Shown in pieces: positions 1-23,841 of a stretch of 64,000 nt of DNA. Position 1 is the first letter of the stretch, and each line of letters opens with the position of its first letter. Below the pieces are notes generated by a model. That model saw nothing but the letters and a program-made list of their open reading frames with translations. It was not told the origin of the DNA and ran no database searches. The translations under genes and the position numbers were made by a program. The DNA is from Ramazzottius varieornatus (lineage: Eukaryota; Animalia; Tardigrada), in contig BDGG01000016.1 of NCBI GenBank assembly GCA_001949185.1, positions 699,839 to 763,838 of the forward strand. The letters run 5' to 3'.

Positions 1-820
1 TCGTCTATCGTGATCTCAATGAGGTGTACACGGGCGGCGTTAGCTCGTATGCGCTGATCCTGATGATCGTCAGTTTCCTTCAAAAGCACCAGCGAGACCA
101 CAGCAAAGACGGTACGAACCTTTCCATATCTCTCATTTCTGCAGTGAACCCAAACTGTGCTGTCGTTTGTATCGCAGGTTCCGAGCCAAATTTAGGTGTT
201 TTACTTCTGGAATTTTTGGAGTTTTATGGACGAACGTTCAACTACGCTCAAGCGACCATCTGCCTGTTGGACGGTGGGTCCTACATCTCGAAGAAGATGA
301 TGCAGCAGAAGATGACACCTGGACATACTCCGGGCATGCTCAGCATCGAGGTTTGTCCGAACTTTCTGGATATTCTCACAGTAGACAAAAATGCGGTAGC
401 ACACTCCCTTACTCACCTGCATACATCAACCGCTTCGTGGGGTTTGGTACTCGGGTATGCAGGTTTGTACACACGCATCCCGTTTGCATATCCATCAACT
501 TACAATATAACCTATATACATTGGCCGTACACTTAGCGTGGTAGGAACGTGCACAGGTTTCTGAAATAAGGTGTGTGATGGTCGCCGTCCTTTCAAACAA
601 GTTCCTTTCGTTCCAGGATCCGATTCAGCCCGGCCACGACGTTTGCCGTTCCTGCTACGGTGCCCTGTCCATGAAGCAAGCCTTCGAGTATGCCTTCGTT
701 CACCTCCAGCGCGCGGTCCTGTCCAACACCAAGAGCGAAAAGACCGGCATGCTGCACCACATCCTCGGTGTCCACGCCGATGAAGTCAAGTTCCGCGAAT
801 GGGTGAACAGTCAATGGTAG
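1..820 (+). CDS. TENT4: Non-canonical poly(A) polymerase TENT4/PAPD5/Trf4 family, 3' part (5'-truncated by window edge)
   Basis: Exons ~1-111, 178-350, 617-820 with GT-AG introns give RDLNEVYTGGVSSYALILMIVSFLQ...NLGVLLLEFLEFYGRTFNY...[31 protein letters not shown]. These are the PAP-associated domain motifs of PAPD5/7. Confidence 0.92.
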
Positions 821-1687
821 CTTACTTCCCACCGATTGATAAACTCTGTAGTCTTTCTTAGCTAGATTCTACATAGAGGTACTTGGAATGTGCATTTAGT
901 TTGCAGAGTTTGCGTTTTGTTTCATACACTCGACAGATTTAAATTCTAAGAAAAAATGGTGAGCTAGGGTGAGTTTTGATTTTAGCCGGCTTTTGCCTTG
1001 TGTGTGAAAATTTTTATCCAGAAAACTGACCAAAATCGTCCTGTACTTTGATTCTCTCTCTCTCTATTAGAATACCTCATTCTGTACAATCTGAATTTCC
1101 TGTATAACTGACCAAAAAAATTCAGAGTTAAAATAAAAGAAAAGGTGTAGACGATGGAAGAGGGTATGAGTAAGTTAACCATAACAAGCAAAGAAAAACC
1201 ATTACACAGTAAAGCAAAATCACACTGTCAAACTGGAAGATCAATAACACTTAACACTATTAACACAAACCCAGCAAAGATTCTTCCTCGTATGCGAAAA
1301 TACCGGGATCTTCACCTTCACACTTTACAAGCTGCCCGAAAGATTACTCGTTATACAGAGATCGTGTATAATTTCGAAAAGCCTAAACACTAGCGAACAC
1401 ATCACAGTCTAATCGGGGTTTTGAGTTTGCGACACGATTGTGCCTTCCGGTCCCCCACTTCCCCTTTTTTCCAGCTTCGTTCGATGGCTTACTTTTAGCT
1501 GAAAGTGTTATTATCGCGGTTGGACGACGAAGAACTGGACTGCGAGCTGAAGGTTCCAAAGTCTCGACTATTGGGTTCGATATGTCCACTTTGGCTGGGC
1601 AACATGGACGAAGGCACTGCTGGTGGCGCAAGCTGTCACACAAAACAATGTCGATGAATGTTTACAGTGCGTTGTCAGGAGATGATG

Positions 1688-1810
1688 TGGGACATGGGCA
1701 AATGAACTGAGCAAGATCGTTTTCCCAGGTAGCGCACACTCTCGGCCAGACGCAATGCAAATGTGCGCAACTTGAGATGACGCTCTGGTCGCAGTTCGTT
1801 TGCCCTCGTT

Positions 1811-1813
<3 letters not shown>
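1688..1813. repeat. 125-bp palindrome family copy (abuts MRCK stop codon)
   Basis: TGGGACATGGGCAAATGAACTG..GATCGTTTTCCCAGGTAGCGCAC-25nt-GTGCGCAACTTGAG..CAGTTCGTTTGCCC. Confidence 0.85.
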
Positions 1814-13498
<11,685 letters not shown>

Positions 13499-16449
13499 TC
13501 TTCCCAAGCCTAACGATGTCTTTCACTCTGTCGATTCTGTATATTCCGACCAAATATCAAAACCGCATGACAGCTTTCCCGTCATATCACACCGAAGGAA
13601 GAAGCGATCGAAGAGCGAGCCTGAAAATAAAACTGAAGGCAGCTGATCGCACTTGACGTATAAAAATAATAAATTCACATCGTTTGAGATAAACGCCGAG
13701 GAGACATAAAATTCCGTACGATGATATGCTCGTCATCGTCAAAAGAGACTTCCTTCACTTGCTTGCTAACATCAAATTCCCCGAACTTTAATCCATAATT
13801 GTATTCCCAAGTTCGACAAGGAACCTGCAAGGAGACAACATCCATCAAAATATCAGACCATGTTCGAGAAGTTTTTGATGGTTCGAAGTACTTGAAAGGA
13901 TGACAAGAGCGTTCAAGTGCGCGCGTACTCGACTCACATGCCAAACCTTAAACGTTAACCTAGGCCGAATATTTCCTTCACGACCTCCTCGTCTTAAGTT
14001 ACGCACATGTGGCTATTTCCAGCTGAAGACTAATATCTTCCCCACACGCAAGAAGCAAACTCCCAACGCCTTTGCAAAAAGTGCCAAAAACCGTACCCAA
14101 AAAACAAGACAAGGATGTATTCAGTCAACATGAAGAAAAGTTCCACAGACTGCGTGCTTTTTGGCACTTCTGCATGTTCTCAAATAACAAACGCCGAAAT
14201 CGATCCGTACGAACCAGTCACAAAACGACACAAAGTCAGTTGGATGTAGATAGTCGCTTGATCCAAGAAATGACTCGAAGACTCGCCAAAATCAACTGGG
14301 TATGACAGAGCGAACCTTCATCAAAGTGTAATCAAAGGCATTCAGCTCTTTTGCCTTTTCTCACATGCTCATCATCCTCTCATAACCACCAACCAGCATC
14401 GCACTACAAACACCGACACAGAGATAGAAATATGTATGTACAGAGGGAAATATTGATCACATGCTGACCTGACTTGCTTTGCAGGGTCGCTTTGTTATGT
14501 TAATGCAAACGATATCAACAATGACGCTACTTGTTCAACTGTGCCGCTGGATACCCTCCACTGTATGTCTGCCATCAAAAAGTTGAACTCATAACTGGTT
14601 ATCGTACGTCTTTACTCTTCACGTTTTCTTCTGCATCGTCGCGGCGCCTTCGTCACAGCGACTTGACCATGCTTTTCCAGTTCGTATACCTGCAATGAGC
14701 AACATCGTCATCGCGGTGAGATAGGTAAACAAATAAATGCGTACAGTTGCTAACAAAATACTAACCTGCAAAGGCCAAGTTGGCGTGTGTAGAAGTCAAT
14801 GGAGCGATGCTAAAAGTACGCCCGACGTTGTCAATGAGGAAATTCGAGATGATGGAAGCGCGAACCACGGATATGCTCACAAAACAACGCCTTTTGTAGA
14901 GGGGCCTTCTCCTCCTCCGACCAACTCCGTTTTTTGCTGCAGTAACTAATGGCGGACCAGGGACTCCTGCGGCATGTGGCACAAGACAAATAAACGGAGG
15001 TAATTGTTGCTCCAAGGGAAATATGTAACTTTAAACGATGATAAATCTTGCGGCAGCCAGAGTAAAGTGGAAGTTTATACGACAAGTTGAAGAGCATCTT
15101 CAAAAACTAATCTGAGCCACGTATGATCAAACCGCGCACGCATTAAAATAGGCGGAGCATCCCTGCGCAAAACTCGAAACGCACATGTGCGCGCACAACG
15201 CATCAGTTGTCGCTTCGCTATTCCAGTCTCTTGACGTCATCCATTCAGGCGCATCGAATCGACTACTCAAAGCAAATCAATTGAGTCGACTAGTCGAGAA
15301 ATTTGACCGCTGCCTACAGTAAACCTGCTCTAAAACGAAAAACGTGATTTTCAGCGGCAGACGTGCGAGGATTAAAAGAAGATCCGAACTGGTTGAGCAA
15401 GATTCTTTGGTTGACATAATGGCCAGGCGATGGATGCTGATCGGACCAGACGATCGAACGGAAGACAAGTCAGAAAGAAGAGCGGCCTCTTTTCCTAATT
15501 AAACCCACACAACGAAGATAACGAGATTTGCCGCTTCCATTCGTCGCTTATCGCACTTGCTTATCATGTTTCCACTCCAAAAATGATTAACGACAACAAC
15601 ATTTCACTGCTTTAGAGCCGGCTAATTTCACTTCATTAGGGAGGCCGGGAGGAAAATTCTTTTACGCCTCACTTGTAGTTAAAATCCACTTCCGGTGGAA
15701 ACAACGAACTCTTCATAAACTCCGCATCGAGTTCTAAAGCGCCTCCCTTCTCATCACAAAGGCCTGAAGAGAAGGCCGAACAAGCCTTGTTCTTCCTGCT
15801 CAATACTCAAACAGCTCTATGAACGCGCAAGCGAGAGTTAAACGTGAGGAATGCAAAGCCGAATGTTAATGGACCAAAAAAAGCAACCAACCTTGTGTAC
15901 ACTAGGCCGTCAGCATCAATCACAGCTTAAGTACCGATTTATCGGAATAATCCGAGCGTCTGGCTGCCAGCGCTGGTCTGTACGAAGATATAGAGCAATG
16001 CAATAATTCCGATTATATTCCGGGAGTGATTTGGATATCGCAATGATGATCGGTTATTTCGACTCCAGCTAGTGTAGCTACTCCAGCGGGTGTTGTCGAT
16101 CAGTTATCCCGATGGATCCACCTAAGAGACAGATGAAGCTTGAGGAACCAGAAGGTATGACATCGATCGATGAGAAATCCAAAGCGTGACTCTTGTACTT
16201 GTGAGGAGCAAATGAGCTGCCTCGATTTCTCTGTCGACGAAGAAAACTTCAACATCAGCAAAAGAAGCAAAAGTCATTCGATGGATGTTCATGACGCACT
16301 GCAGCCAGCGGTCATTCCGTCCGTCCGCTGACACGCAATCCTAGCAATGACTTGCGGAACGGGTAGTAATCAATGTACAGCCGCCTGTTCGACAGATCCG
16401 CCCATGAACTTATCGACCACATCGTCGCGATGTCAACCGATATTTAAGT

Positions 16450-16875
16450 TAGAGCACGGAATCCGCATGCGCTGCGCTGCACAGCACTGCACTGCAGCAC
16501 AGCAGCAGCACGTGAACTGACGAGATTTGTGCGGTGCAGCACAGCATACAGCAGAAAGCCATAGACTACCGCGCAGATGCACCTACCAAAACCTGACAAA
16601 AATTACAGCTTTTGGGCATTTGAACGTCAGCCGTCTCAGCTTTGCCGTATTTTACGGCAACGTTCTCCAGGTTGACCACAGATTTCACTGACTGAATTAC
16701 AAACCACGTCAATACATTGGCGTCCCGCACAGTTGCACCAGGTCAACGTGCATCTGCATCACAGCTGCTTAGCCACTGGGCATGAAAGTTGTGCAGCACA
16801 GCGTAGCGTACAGCGCCCTGGTAATGTGCGCAGTACAGTTGCAGCGTACTTTTGGACCTGCGGCCCAGTGCTCTA
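16450..16875. mobile_element. Non-autonomous hAT-type element (MITE) 1
   Basis: Termini TAGAGCAC...GTGCTCTA; perfect 8-bp TSD ATTTAAGT (16442-16449 and 16876-16883); GCAGCAC/CTGC-rich subterminal repeats; no ORF. Confidence 0.85.
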
Positions 16876-16899
16876 ATTTAAGTTAGTCTGAGTTATAGG

Positions 16900-17334
16900 T
16901 AGTGCTGGGATAAATACGATAAAATACGATATATTTTCTGATAAATATCCTTCAATATTTATATCTCGTTTTGGATGTCAACCACGGATCGACATTTCGA
17001 TATGATACGTTTCTGATATTTTATTGTTGATGTATCGGATTTTATCGCAGTGGTATATCGATACATCAAGCCAGTACCATGTTGAAAACTATCGAAATCA
17101 AGAAAGAGCCAAAGAGAAACCAAACGGCTGTCGTTCACTACGTTTGCGGGTTTGCGATTTATCGATATATCAGAAATATATCGATACACCGCGATATGAT
17201 ATTTCATTTATCATATTCCGCTCAGCAATATTCCGTCCATATCGATATTTCGATATGATATTTTTATCATATCGAATCACTGTGATGTGATATATTTCGA
17301 TAAGATACGATATATCATATTTATCCCAGTACTA
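16900..17334. mobile_element. Non-autonomous hAT-type element (MITE) 2
   Basis: TIR TAGTGCTGGGATAAATA...TATTTATCCCAGTACTA (16/17); 8-bp TSD GTTATAGG/GGTATAGG (7/8); interior built of CGATAT/ATATCG motifs. Confidence 0.85.
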
Positions 17335-17949
17335 GGTATAGGCGCTTGTTTTAGGCTCAGTTTTTGACTGGCTGTTCAAAACGTGACATATCAGCACGCC
17401 TGATGGCTGGTTGCGTCGGGCGACGTAGAACAGCTTGAATGCGATCGTTTGATCGCTCTAAATGATACGTGCTCGCAATGTTTGGACTGATGCGCGGAAG
17501 AGCTTTCCATACGCAGCAAACTGTTGACTCACACAGCACTCTGGCAAGCTCTTCTGGGATTTTCATCTTAGTGCCTTTTGCCTAAATTTTTGGCAACGTT
17601 GTCTGTGCGAGGTGCTTGCTGGCACAGAAATGTACGTCATCGTACAACGCTAACTTGATACAATCACAACTGAGGCAACGGCGGAACGAAAGGGACAGAA
17701 TGCTGTACGCCGATCGGCAATAGCCTGAGACAGCTACTGTTGTCACGTATAGTGTTTTGCGCAACGGACGTACACAAGTACCGTGTACGACATAATAAAC
17801 CGTTAAAAATGAGTGTTGGATGGAACCAGTAAGAGGTAACCAATGAAATTTGCGCATGCAGCAAAATATGATTCTCATTGGCCGAGTCGTAAATTATCTC
17901 CAGCTGCAGTATTACGCCCATTTTTTGACGGTTAAATTTGTCGTACACT

Positions 17950-17958
17950 ACCGGAAGT
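17950..17958 (+). promoter_or_regulatory. Candidate ETS site upstream of MED17
   Basis: ACCGGAAGT ~110 bp before the MED17 ATG; the same motif occurs upstream of PPAN. Motif match only. Confidence 0.35.
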
Positions 17959-18065
17959 CGTCCGACTCGCCAGAAGTTGTCTTAATTCACTCTTGACTCT
18001 TAAGCTTGGACGTGTTCCCATTTTCTCCGAACCTTCCTAGCGTGCTCGTGAGGCTTGTAGCTGCA

Positions 18066-21000
18066 ATGGTTGGGGATAGAGAAGAGCCAAGTTCAAGTCC
18101 AGCGGGACTGGGTAGTCCCGCCGTTCGCAACTCTGGTCGACGGGATTCTGCCAACATTCGTGTCACGGTGGAATGTCCACTGCAGCCTCAGATATCCGAG
18201 ATCACTTTCGATGGACAGGAGATACACCAACCGTAAGTCAAGCTGCAGATAGGACGCATCTATAAAATGGGACTCTTGCTTGTTTGCAGGCCGATCTCGC
18301 GAGGAGAGCGACTGTATCGCAATGCATGCAAGATTAACTTTCTCGAAGAAGATGTGGAGGATGGCGAAGAAGACGAGCTGGTGTCTTTTGGTGTCGCAGG
18401 TGGCAGGCCGAAAGAGACTCGCGTACAGCGTCCGGATCCAGGGCAGATTGTGTGGAGTCTGGATAGCGTCCGCAACAAGCTGCGCAGCGCGCACATGGAA
18501 GTGGCCATCTTGACGGACATTCTCGCGCTGTCGAAAGAACGAAAGTACATGCGGGTGGAATCCGCCGTCAGTGATCCTGTCGAGTCAAAGCCGCATTTCA
18601 ACATGCACATCAAGAAGAAGGTAAACTTGTCGTCAATTTAGTTTTCTATACCTCTGTCGCGCATTTGGTGAACCGTTCATGATATCGAATACAAGATCCA
18701 TAGGATTGATTGTGCGAAGGTTGATCGGGGTTCTGCTAACTAGACTGACCGGAAGATGTGTTCTTGTAGGCTGCACAATCCGTTTCGGTCCTTTTTGCTG
18801 AGGCGGCCAACCGACTCAAACGATCAGCTGCCGACACTCAAAAGGGTGATAACGATTACCATCACGCTTTGATCAACCTTCGCGATCAGTGGAGACTGAA
18901 GAAGACGGGAGCCAATGTGACAGGAGACCTCGGATATCGGACAGGTGAATTTCTTCGTTAGCACTTGCTGGGATGAGTAAATTTGGAGACCATACGTATG
19001 ACTTTTTCAGTGGGTTCCGCGCTCAAAGCTGCTGGTCAGTTCGAGATTCGCAAGAACGAGGACAACTCGGAGAAACCACTGAACGTCGTCATTGTGGGCG
19101 ACCTCAGCGGTGAATGCGCTGTCCAAATTGACATCGCTTTCGGTACGTATTCCCGCGGTTTTTCACCTTTACTTGTGTACTCGTACTTAGAAACATCTGC
19201 GTACTGGATCCGTCTGCCTGTAGACCATGTAAGGTCGCCGCAGAAAGACTACATCGATGAACTGCGAACCCACGATATGTGGTCGAAGGTGATAACAGCG
19301 GATACTCCATGGCATCGTCAGTTAACCGCCGCCCAGAACTGCCTCTACCTCCGCGAACTGACCATGATGGTGGGTCCTTCTACTGAAACTACAATATCGA
19401 TCTGTCGTTGTTGTGGAACGATAAATCTTGGTTTTAGCTTTCTGCGGAAGCCGTAAACCTACCGAGTTCCCTCAGTCCGATCGTCTTTGGCGACGAAGTC
19501 CACTATACGGTATGTAAATACAGCAGAATAGACTGCTCGATGGCTTTTCTCTGGTACTAGTACGAGGTAGATTTGGGTTTTGTTATTAGAGCTTGTTCGG
19601 TCATACGGTGCGGGTTAAGCTGCAGCATGTTCCCGAGAGCGAGATGTCACGAACCAAGTCAACGGCTCGCTATCCTCACAACTTCAACGAGTCGACCTGG
19701 TCAGAGTCTAGAATAGTGGAGATGGTAATGCAGATGATTATGTTGACTCGCATGAGAGACCTGTCGAACCCAGATATTCCGATCCCGGCTTGTGGACCCC
19801 TGGGCCTGAAGAACTTCCGGAGGAAGATGTCTATTCAGGCGCGCGATCGCCGTGTATGGAAAATACCGGTCACCCCAGAGTAAGTGTGGATTTCTTAGCA
19901 CTGCTGGCTGCATATTACAGTAACGAAGAAGCTTTTCCTGGTGCGGGAAGGAAGAAAGCTTTCTCGTTGTGAAGTTACAACAAGTGTTCGTTGGTTCCAG
20001 GCGAAGTTTATCCACGGAGCTACTGGAGCTTTCTCATAACTTACTTCTTAGGAAAAGGTGACAACATTGAATGATCTTGATATCGAAAGGATTAATCTGG
20101 GACGTCGGCAATGAGTTCAACCGTTTTCCCAAGTGGCGCACAGTGTAAGCCAAAAAGAGTGACAGCGTGCGCCGCTTGAGATAAGATTTTAAGTTGTTGG
20201 TTCTATTCATTTGCCCCCGTCCCATCTGGGTTTGCTTTTTATGTTCGTGATTTTGAACGCTACGAAGCGAGAAACCTGAAGACCTGCTTTGCCTTGCCTG
20301 TAGGATTCTGAAGTTTCTTGATGAGTTAGTGGGTCCCGACCTGACGATCATCATCCACGATACGTCCACACTTACGTCATGGAAGTACTGTCTTATCAAG
20401 CTGTCCTTTCACACTCCGGGATTCGACTTCTACGACAGGTATAACGAACACATCTTCTATGGAAAGAACTATTTATACGGTTGTTGTGGCTCGTAGGACC
20501 AACTGTGCATTCGAGATCCACAGCGGCGAAGCGCGTTTCTGTACTCGAAATTCTGTCCACCAGTTGAGCGTTGGCGACGATATGGAGTGCCACCTTCTTT
20601 ACGTCGAGGTTGGTTTCGCATTTTCAGCCAACTCGTCGTTTTGCGATAAAGACTTCCTTTAGAAGATTTTATCCCCAAAATCACTCAACTAATAACCGAA
20701 CACTTTTCGGTATCGTTCCACAAAACATTGGCCTCCTTGCAGATGGTTCGACACCACTCAACCGTCATGCAATTCCTTCTGAAGTCTCATCGCTTTGAAA
20801 TCATCCAGTATAACGCTTCTTACGGCTTTTACGAGCTGAAAGAAGCTCCAGTCTCGATCTCCGTCGCCAACGCTCTCTCGTACGCGATTACCATCGTCGC
20901 GAAGTCTTCTGACGAACGATGGTGAATATCACCTTCTCTTACAGACTTTCTCGTGATGGAATTCTGTGTTGTTAACTTGTGATTTTTCAGGCTGGTAAAG

Positions 21001-21297
21001 GTTGTCTGTAGTCTCTGCTACGTCTACAGAGTCTACGTGGCCAGCTTGACTGCCCCTCCGAACCCGACGAATGCTGTCCGAAACAAGGACTTCGTGCCAC
21101 CTAACCCCATTTTTCGAGAAGTCGATCTGAACAGCATCGTTGGTGGAGATACTCGAGCGAAGAAGAGTTCGATGGTAATCAGTGCTCTGGCATCTTTACC
21201 GCAACACAGTAAGCTCTTGAGGAAGCAGGGCGCTGAACAAGAAACCAAGCTGAGAAGACCTGCACCTGCGTGGACGAGATGGGAAACGGTAGTTTGA
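18066..21297 (+). CDS. MED17: Mediator of RNA polymerase II transcription subunit 17, multi-exon
   Basis: IRVTVECPLQPQISEITFDGQEIHQP, LDSVRNKLRSAHMEVAILTDILAL, LRDQWRLKKTGANVTGDLGYRT and WHRQLTAAQNCLYLREL match recalled MED17 blocks. 3' exons are less certain. Confidence 0.88.
20098..20224. repeat. 125-bp palindrome family copy (MED17 intron)
   Basis: TGGGACGTCGGCAATGA..CGTTTTCCCAAGTGGCGCAC-25nt-GTGCGCCGCTTGAG..TTCATTTGCCCCCGTCCCA. Confidence 0.9.
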
Positions 21298-21538
21298 GGG
21301 TGCGATAAATAATCATACCTTGTATAAATTTTGTACTGTCTCCTGCACGATTCTGTGTTGGAAGCAAGTCCGCAGATGTGCGCACGTTTCCTTTAACTGA
21401 GCTGCTGCGAAAGTGTACTCATACGTCACGATTCAGCACTGCACATTCATGTCGGAAGAAATCTTGTCTCCGTCTTTTGTACCGAACACCCAGCCGATTC
21501 TCTTCACTAAGACCTTCGTGACAAGAAAGCGAAGACCA

Positions 21539-21541
<3 letters not shown>

Positions 21542-21574
<33 letters not shown>
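21542..21574. repeat. (GA)n microsatellite between the convergent 3' ends of MED17 and Skp1
   Basis: ~16 uninterrupted GA units. Confidence 0.95.
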
Positions 21575-21576
<2 letters not shown>

Positions 21577-21762
21577 GTCTTAAAGCGTCCGAGAAACAAA
21601 GAAAACGTTGCGTCAGAAGGCTCAAAAATCAGAAACGTCAGGAAAAAACGAGCATTACTCTTTTGACAGACTTTTCTTCCATTCAGACTGGAGAGCGTTC
21701 GAGGTAGGAGACTGACACAGAAACATCCCAAGAGACAAAAGGCATCCTGGACTTTGAGCTTT

Positions 21763-22650
21763 CTAACTGGCTTCGTTCTCGCACCAGGCAGTCTGCTTGC
21801 GGATTTCCTCCTCTTCTTCGGGAGTGAAGTCATTCTCAATTCCGTACATTTCACGGATCTGCTCCACAGTCTTACCCTTTAGAATGTTGGCCACGGTCTT
21901 GCAGCAAAGTCCTCGCAGCTTCTTGATGTCCAGGTAGTCAGCGGCCAGCATGATCTCAAACAGCGAGCTCTGATCGACCTGCAGATACTTCTGGTCCCAC
22001 TCAGGAATCTCTTCGCAAAAGCGAGCCAAGATCTCTTCTTCCTCCGTCAGCTCCTTGGGCTCACCGTCGTGCTTGGCATGGTAGTCCATCCAGTGATGCA
22101 CCTACAAAACAGAAACATAATTATCAGCGTTGAGCACATTAATACAGATATTATTCAGTCTGAAAGTTGGTGCACACTTCCACCAGTAACACTGAGGAAG
22201 TGCGCGACTTTGAGACAACCATGTTGTCGAGTATGTTCCTCGAAGTGGCGCACGTTCTCGGTGTTATTAGCAGTAAGCGTGCGCCACTTGAAAAACTGAT
22301 CTACTATGCGAAAATCAAGGCTTGATTCTTACCTTGCGGAAAATCTCCTTTCGGATCTTGGGAAGAGGCAAAATGTCGTCGTCTTTGTCGCCACTGCCAG
22401 ACTCCAAAGACATCTCGAGTAGATCCTTAATCACCTTAGATTGCTGCAAAGGAAAAGAAAACGGTTGGAAAGATGGACAGAAGGAACTAACGATACGTAC
22501 GTGACCTCATTCTTCGTTCGGCTGGCTTACTTTCGCGGCCTGCTCTTCCACCTGGAAGATCTCACCGTCTTCGGTCCTGATACGGATCATCTTCTGGGGC
22601 TTCTGCTCCCCTTCGGTCTTGATTTCAGGTTTCTGATCACCGTCGGCCAT
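21763..22650 (-). CDS. SKP1: Skp1-family protein (divergent), 3 coding exons
   Basis: Exons 22650-22531, 22443-22333, 22101-21763 give MIRIRTEDGEIFQVEEQAAKQSKVIKDLL...LPLPKI...IPEWDQKYLQVDQSSLFEIMLAADYLDIKKL..CCKTVANILKGKTVEQIREMYGIENDFTPEEEEEIRKQTAWCE. Confidence 0.93.
22165..22301. repeat. Palindrome family dimer (Skp1 intron)
   Basis: Core pairs at 22165/22200 (degenerate) and 22243/22279 (perfect, 25-nt spacer); 78-bp period. Confidence 0.82.
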
Positions 22651-23192
22651 CTTGTCGCTGATTTCGGCTGTCCAAACAAAAGAAATACTACAAACTAAAA
22701 ATGAAGCCACGAGCGAGAAAAGCCAGGCAACGTGAAGCTTCTACCACACGCTCGAGTCACTTCAAGTATGGAAGGAAAGGTACCGAAGAGTTGAAGAGTA
22801 TGGAAAGAGCACAAAGCTCGCCAGGAACGGGACTTTCGGTGGCGCGAAAGAAGACGGGAAGAAGACTAAGTAGCTTGAAAATCGCTGGAATGAGTAAGTT
22901 GATTTTCGTCTTCACTTACCAGTGAGTGGACTGGATTTAGAAAGACAGACCAGAGCCACCAGAGCTGTACGAGCTTCTATCACCTTATTACCAGCAAATC
23001 GCCAAGACCTAATGTTCTATAGCAAGCAGTGATGAGCTGCTAAAAGGGGCCTCCACTTGCACAAGGCCTGCCAAAACCGCAAGCTGTCGAAAAAGGTGTT
23101 TGATTAGTCATTATCATGCAGTTGGTAACGTGTACGTGGTGTAGACTTCCACACACACACAACCGGTTCAAACTATGTCACTCACGCTTTCT

Positions 23193-23240
23193 GCAGCCCA
23201 GCGGTTGCTTGTGTTTGCAGCCCAGCGGTTGCTTGTGTTT
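23193..23240. repeat. 24-bp perfect tandem duplication
   Basis: GCAGCCCAGCGGTTGCTTGTGTTT x2. Confidence 0.9.
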
Positions 23241-23697
23241 GGCGAGACGGTTTTCTTTTGTTGCTCGGATTACTTGATTGAATGAAGAGCTCATGCTGAA
23301 TTTCGTTAGTAAATTACATCACATTACGTACTAGATATCATCAACGTATGACGTACACCATGTCGGTCCTACATATTTGTTAGCTGAACGTAATCAATCA
23401 ATCGCCCAATCAGTGTGTTTGAGGTTCCGGCAAGGACCCCTTTAGCAGCTCATGTATGCAAGTCATGCGAGAATTTAAGATCCTGTCCGAAACATCATCG
23501 TACAATCTGCTTCGCCCTTGCAAATTCCGATTTTTCGATATCCGCTTATGCCGCAGCGATAATGACAGCCGACACCTGTGTTGGACCGGCAGAGCAATAA
23601 CAAGATGACGCAGGCGGCTCTACTTCGAAAACTGTCGGCTGGTCCGGCCGACTACATCCTGTCAGTGTGTCTGCCAGAAGTACTGTAAATATTCGCT

Positions 23698-23841
23698 NNN
23701 NNNNNNNNNNNNNNNNNNNNNNNNNNNNNNNNNNNNNNNNNNNNNNNNNNNNNNNNNNNNNNNNNNNNNNNNNNNNNNNNNNNNNNNNNNNNNNNNNNNN
23801 NNNNNNNNNNNNNNNNNNNNNNNNNNNNNNNNNNNNNNNNN
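23698..23841. other. Assembly gap (144 N) flanked by reverse-complementary sequence
   Basis: TACTGTAAATATTCGCT [N] GCAGCGAATATTTACAGTA. Confidence 0.98.

Noticed and set aside
14737-15103. Short ORFs upstream of MRCK
   Set aside because: No recognisable homology or consistent exon chain; more likely 5'UTR or promoter sequence.
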